NCBI RefSeq assembly: GCF_006345805.1
Contig: NW_021836431.1
Coordinates: forward strand, 1-24,008
Origin: Octopus sinensis
Taxonomy: Eukaryota
Length of the DNA: 24,008 nucleotides
Reading direction: 5' to 3'
The notes beneath the pieces were generated by a model. That model was given only the letters and a program-made list of their open reading frames with translations, searched no databases and was not told the DNA's origin. Below, one piece after another: positions 21,280-24,008 of this stretch. The translations under genes were made by a program, and so were the position numbers. How positions within the stretch are numbered: position 1 is the first letter of the stretch; every line of letters starts with the position of its first letter.

Positions 21280-21775
21280 GTGGTACGGCCCTTATCATGA
21301 CTACCCGCCTGATAAGGGTACACCAGGTACATGCATTACAACCAAACGTGCGCGACATGGTGATCTCATATCAAGATAAACAGCACATGACCTTGCAGGT
21401 AGGGCCCAGTTGGAATTTTCTTCTGATCGAGTAGCCCATCCCATTCAAAAGGTCCCTGAATAAGGATTGTTTAAAGATGTTGAACGAAACACCCATGTTT
21501 CCAGAGGTGAATTTTCAACTCAAAAATCCATCTCAACACATGGCTATGATGCTCCCCCACTACTTCTGCTCGTGATCAGAGATGCACATATTGTCAGCCA
21601 CTAAGGGACATTGCCAACTGGTTAAGGTCAACAACTGACAAGCAAATCTGTGGTATTGAGCATAATATTGCTGTAGCCCATCTTTTTTACCAAGACAAAC
21701 AATGTATAGATAACACTTCCAGTCAGTTAAGATCAGAAGCCACAAGAGCCACTGCCTGGTACTGCATCAGGGTAA
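21280..21775 (-). mobile_element. Non-coding interspersed repeat between (ATT)n tracts, possibly a Dong/R4-type 5' UTR
   Basis: Complex sequence bounded by ATT arrays that resembles an abundant octopus repeat I recall (CCCTGATGCAGTACCAGGCAGTGGCTC..). Family and orientation are inferred. Confidence 0.4.
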
Positions 21776-21904
21776 TTTTCTGATTTATTATTGTTGGTGT
21801 TGTTTATTATTATTATTATTATTATCATCATCTTATTATTATTATTATTATTATTATTTTATTATTATTATATTATTATTAGTATTATTATTATTATTAA
21901 TTAT

Positions 21905-22062
21905 TCTTATGTTTGACTTTTGCTTTATATTTGTACAAGTTGGCTCCAAGTCTCACCCAGAGACCTCAAGAGACAACAGGTTGGAAGTTCATATTGTTGT
22001 TATGCCTAGTGTGCCATATATTTGGGGGGGGGGTGTTGTACTAATGAATGTCTAAAAAAAAT
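21905..22062 (-). mobile_element. Probable Dong/R4-type 3' UTR stub in (TAA)n
   Basis: Minus strand ..GTCTCTTGAGGTCTCTGGGTGAGACTTGGAGCC..AAGTCAAACATAAG runs into (AAT)n and has the same repeat on its other side. Family is from recall. Confidence 0.45.
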
Positions 22063-22077
22063 CATATATTATTATTA

Positions 22078-22117
<40 letters not shown>

Positions 22118-22120
22118 TTA

Positions 22121-22488
22121 TCTCTCTATATATAAACGGCAGTTTGTCTGTGTGTGTTTCTGTGTGTCTGTCAGGTTGTACCCTCACCCTGACCACGGCT
22201 TTCAACCGATTCTGATGAAACTTGACACACACATAACCCATGTCATAATTCAAAACTAACAGCGAAAATTTTGAAAAGTTCCCCCAGTTCTGAAAAAAAT
22301 CGATAATTCGACATGGGGTCGAGAATCAGAAACACAGACCACAGACTGTCTAGGGGACGCATCTCGACCTTTTTAACAAAAAAAAAAAATTTACCATCAT
22401 TTTTTTCCAGTTTTTGGCTATAACTCTCTAAAAATGCTTTATAGTTATTTCCCTTACAAACCCGAGCAACGCCGGGCGATACTGCTAG
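22121..22488 (+). mobile_element. Non-autonomous Helitron (368 bp)
   Basis: 5' end A|TCTCTCTATATATAAA; subterminal hairpin CCCGAGCAACGCCGGG at 22461-22476; 3' end CTAG|T. Confidence 0.9.
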
Positions 22489-22903
22489 TTATATTTTAAA
22501 AAGGATTGACGTAACTCTTCACAAAGGTAAACAGCTAAGACGAAGAGCGCGATTCGATTGTAAGATATTTTATTAGTTAGACGATATTTCAACAGTACGT
22601 CTGCCTTTGTCAAGTTGAAAAATAAGAAGTGATAAAATTTCAAAAATTATAGAAATTCTGGAAGCTACCAAAGCAGTTGGGTGTCTAAACAACAACGTGG
22701 GACGCTGGTTGCTCTCGTTCATACTTTGAATTTAAATTTCTATAATTTTGATTTTTTATGACTTCTTATTTTGAACTTCACAAAGACAGACTTACAGTCG
22801 AAATATGGTTCAACCAATGAAATAGCTTACAATTGAATCGCGGTCTTCGTCTTGACTGTTGTTGTTGTTGTTGTTATTGTTATTATTATTATTATTATTA
22901 TTA

Positions 22904-22970
<67 letters not shown>

Positions 22971-23082
22971 CACCATCATCTTCAGGAGTCGCTTAGCTTC
23001 AGTGGCACCGAGTGGCCAGCCGCAATTTGAGAAATACTGGTTTCGATTCTCTGTAGTGGCTTGCTGGCCACTCAAATAAAAT

Positions 23083-23295
23083 AAAGCGGTGAATCGGTAG
23101 AGTTGTTACCATGCCGGTTAAAATGTTTACCGGCAATTCGTCCGTCTTTACCTTCTGAGTTCGGAAGTCATTTAGGTTGACTTTGCCCCTCTTCCTTTCG
23201 GAGTCGGTAAAATAAGTACCAGTTAACTACTGGAATCGATGTAATCAACTTCCCTCCACTCCTAGAAATTTCTGTCCTGGTGTCAAAACAAGGAC
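23083..23295 (+). mobile_element. SINE family B with Nin/Deu-like domain
   Basis: B-box-like GAGTTCGGAAG, then GGTTGACTTTGCCCCTCTTCCTTTCGGAGTCGGTAAAATAAGTACCAG, which resembles the Nin/Deu core. Confidence 0.75.
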
Positions 23296-23296
23296 T

Positions 23297-23327
<31 letters not shown>

Positions 23328-23450
23328 TTGTAGTTGTTGTTGTTCTAACTGTTGTTGTTGCCGTTGATGATGATGTTGTTGTTGTTGTCACTGCTGCTGC
23401 TGCTGCTGTTGTGGCTACTGCTGCTGCTGTTGTTGTTGTTTCTGTTGCTT
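23296..23450. repeat. (GTT)n/(GCT)n/(GAT)n trinucleotide tract
   Basis: Direct reading. Confidence 0.93.
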
Positions 23451-23471
23451 TTCTTGCTTACATTGCTATAT

Positions 23472-23773
23472 TACTTAGCAGGTACGTTTGTCTAGAGGTT
23501 TGGTGACAACAAGTTTCCTCCTCAAAATCTCCAGAACACTTTCGTAGAATTTTTGCAGATTACAGGAATGCACTTTTCTGCAAATCAGCAACAAGTGTTT
23601 CAATTCCAATATCTTTCAGTCTTTTATAAAACATTTTGGGTGCCGTGCCAAGTAGCACCAATCAACAAAGGAATAATTATGGCTTTGTTCTTCCACAGTT
23701 TCTTCAGCTCTCTGGCGATGTCCTGATATTTCTTAGTTATCTCAGTTTCATTGGTATCAACTCTAATATCATA
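23472..23773 (-). mobile_element. Dong/R4-clade LINE 3' fragment (restriction-like endonuclease C-terminus)
   Basis: YDIRVDTNETEITKKYQDIARELKKLWKNKAIIIPLLIGA/LGTAPK..LKDIGIETLVADLQKSAFL*SAKILRK/VLEI carries the K..KY and GALG motifs of RLE elements. Confidence 0.85.
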
Positions 23774-23900
23774 CCAGCTGGGCCCCGTGCCGTCAAAAAT
23801 GACGGCTAATTGTAGTATTTTATATATAAATATGGATGATAAATCGAATTAATACACCTGTCAATGGTTATCTGGTGGTTGTCTTTTGAGATGTGACATC
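23774..23900 (-). mobile_element. Helitron 3' terminus (5' end not located)
   Basis: Perfect hairpin GCCGTCA-AAAA-TGACGGC at 23789-23806, 11 nt from a minus-strand CTGG|T (CTRR) end. Dong homology stops at this point. Confidence 0.65.
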
Positions 23901-24008
23901 GACATCGTTTGTTACTGAAAGAACACGATTCAACACATGCATTCACATACTTCCCCTTGTACACACACACTCACACATACACACGTATACTCACACAAAG
24001 TTGAAATG

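Overview
This is eukaryotic DNA made almost entirely of repeats, with no host protein-coding gene I can support. The SINE families and very dense (TA)n, (CATA)n and (ATT)n microsatellites resemble an octopus or other coleoid cephalopod genome (recalled, not searched). Contents: a frameshifted Tx1/L1-clade LINE (1-~4045, minus); several tRNA-derived SINEs; two degenerate hammerhead-ribozyme-like motifs of the Penelope pLTR type (6275-6302 +, 7293-7328 -); a Penelope RT fragment split cleanly by a Helitron that carries a 188-bp tandem array; an older Tx1 copy interrupted by a young, internally deleted 2.36-kb Gypsy element (275-bp LTRs differing at one base, TTTAT target duplication, gag fused in frame to RNase H, no canonical PBS); an RTE LINE whose last ~160 bp occur four times in tandem and which is split by a hAT MITE with a 9x35-bp minisatellite; further Helitrons and Dong/R4 fragments. 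Most long ORFs outside the retroelements are microsatellite artefacts. I found no convincing wholly new system. The best leads are the non-autonomous Gypsy architecture, the Penelope ribozyme arrangement, the reiterated RTE tail and the 26-bp LINE 3' stubs inside a (CATA)n array. All alignments were done by eye.
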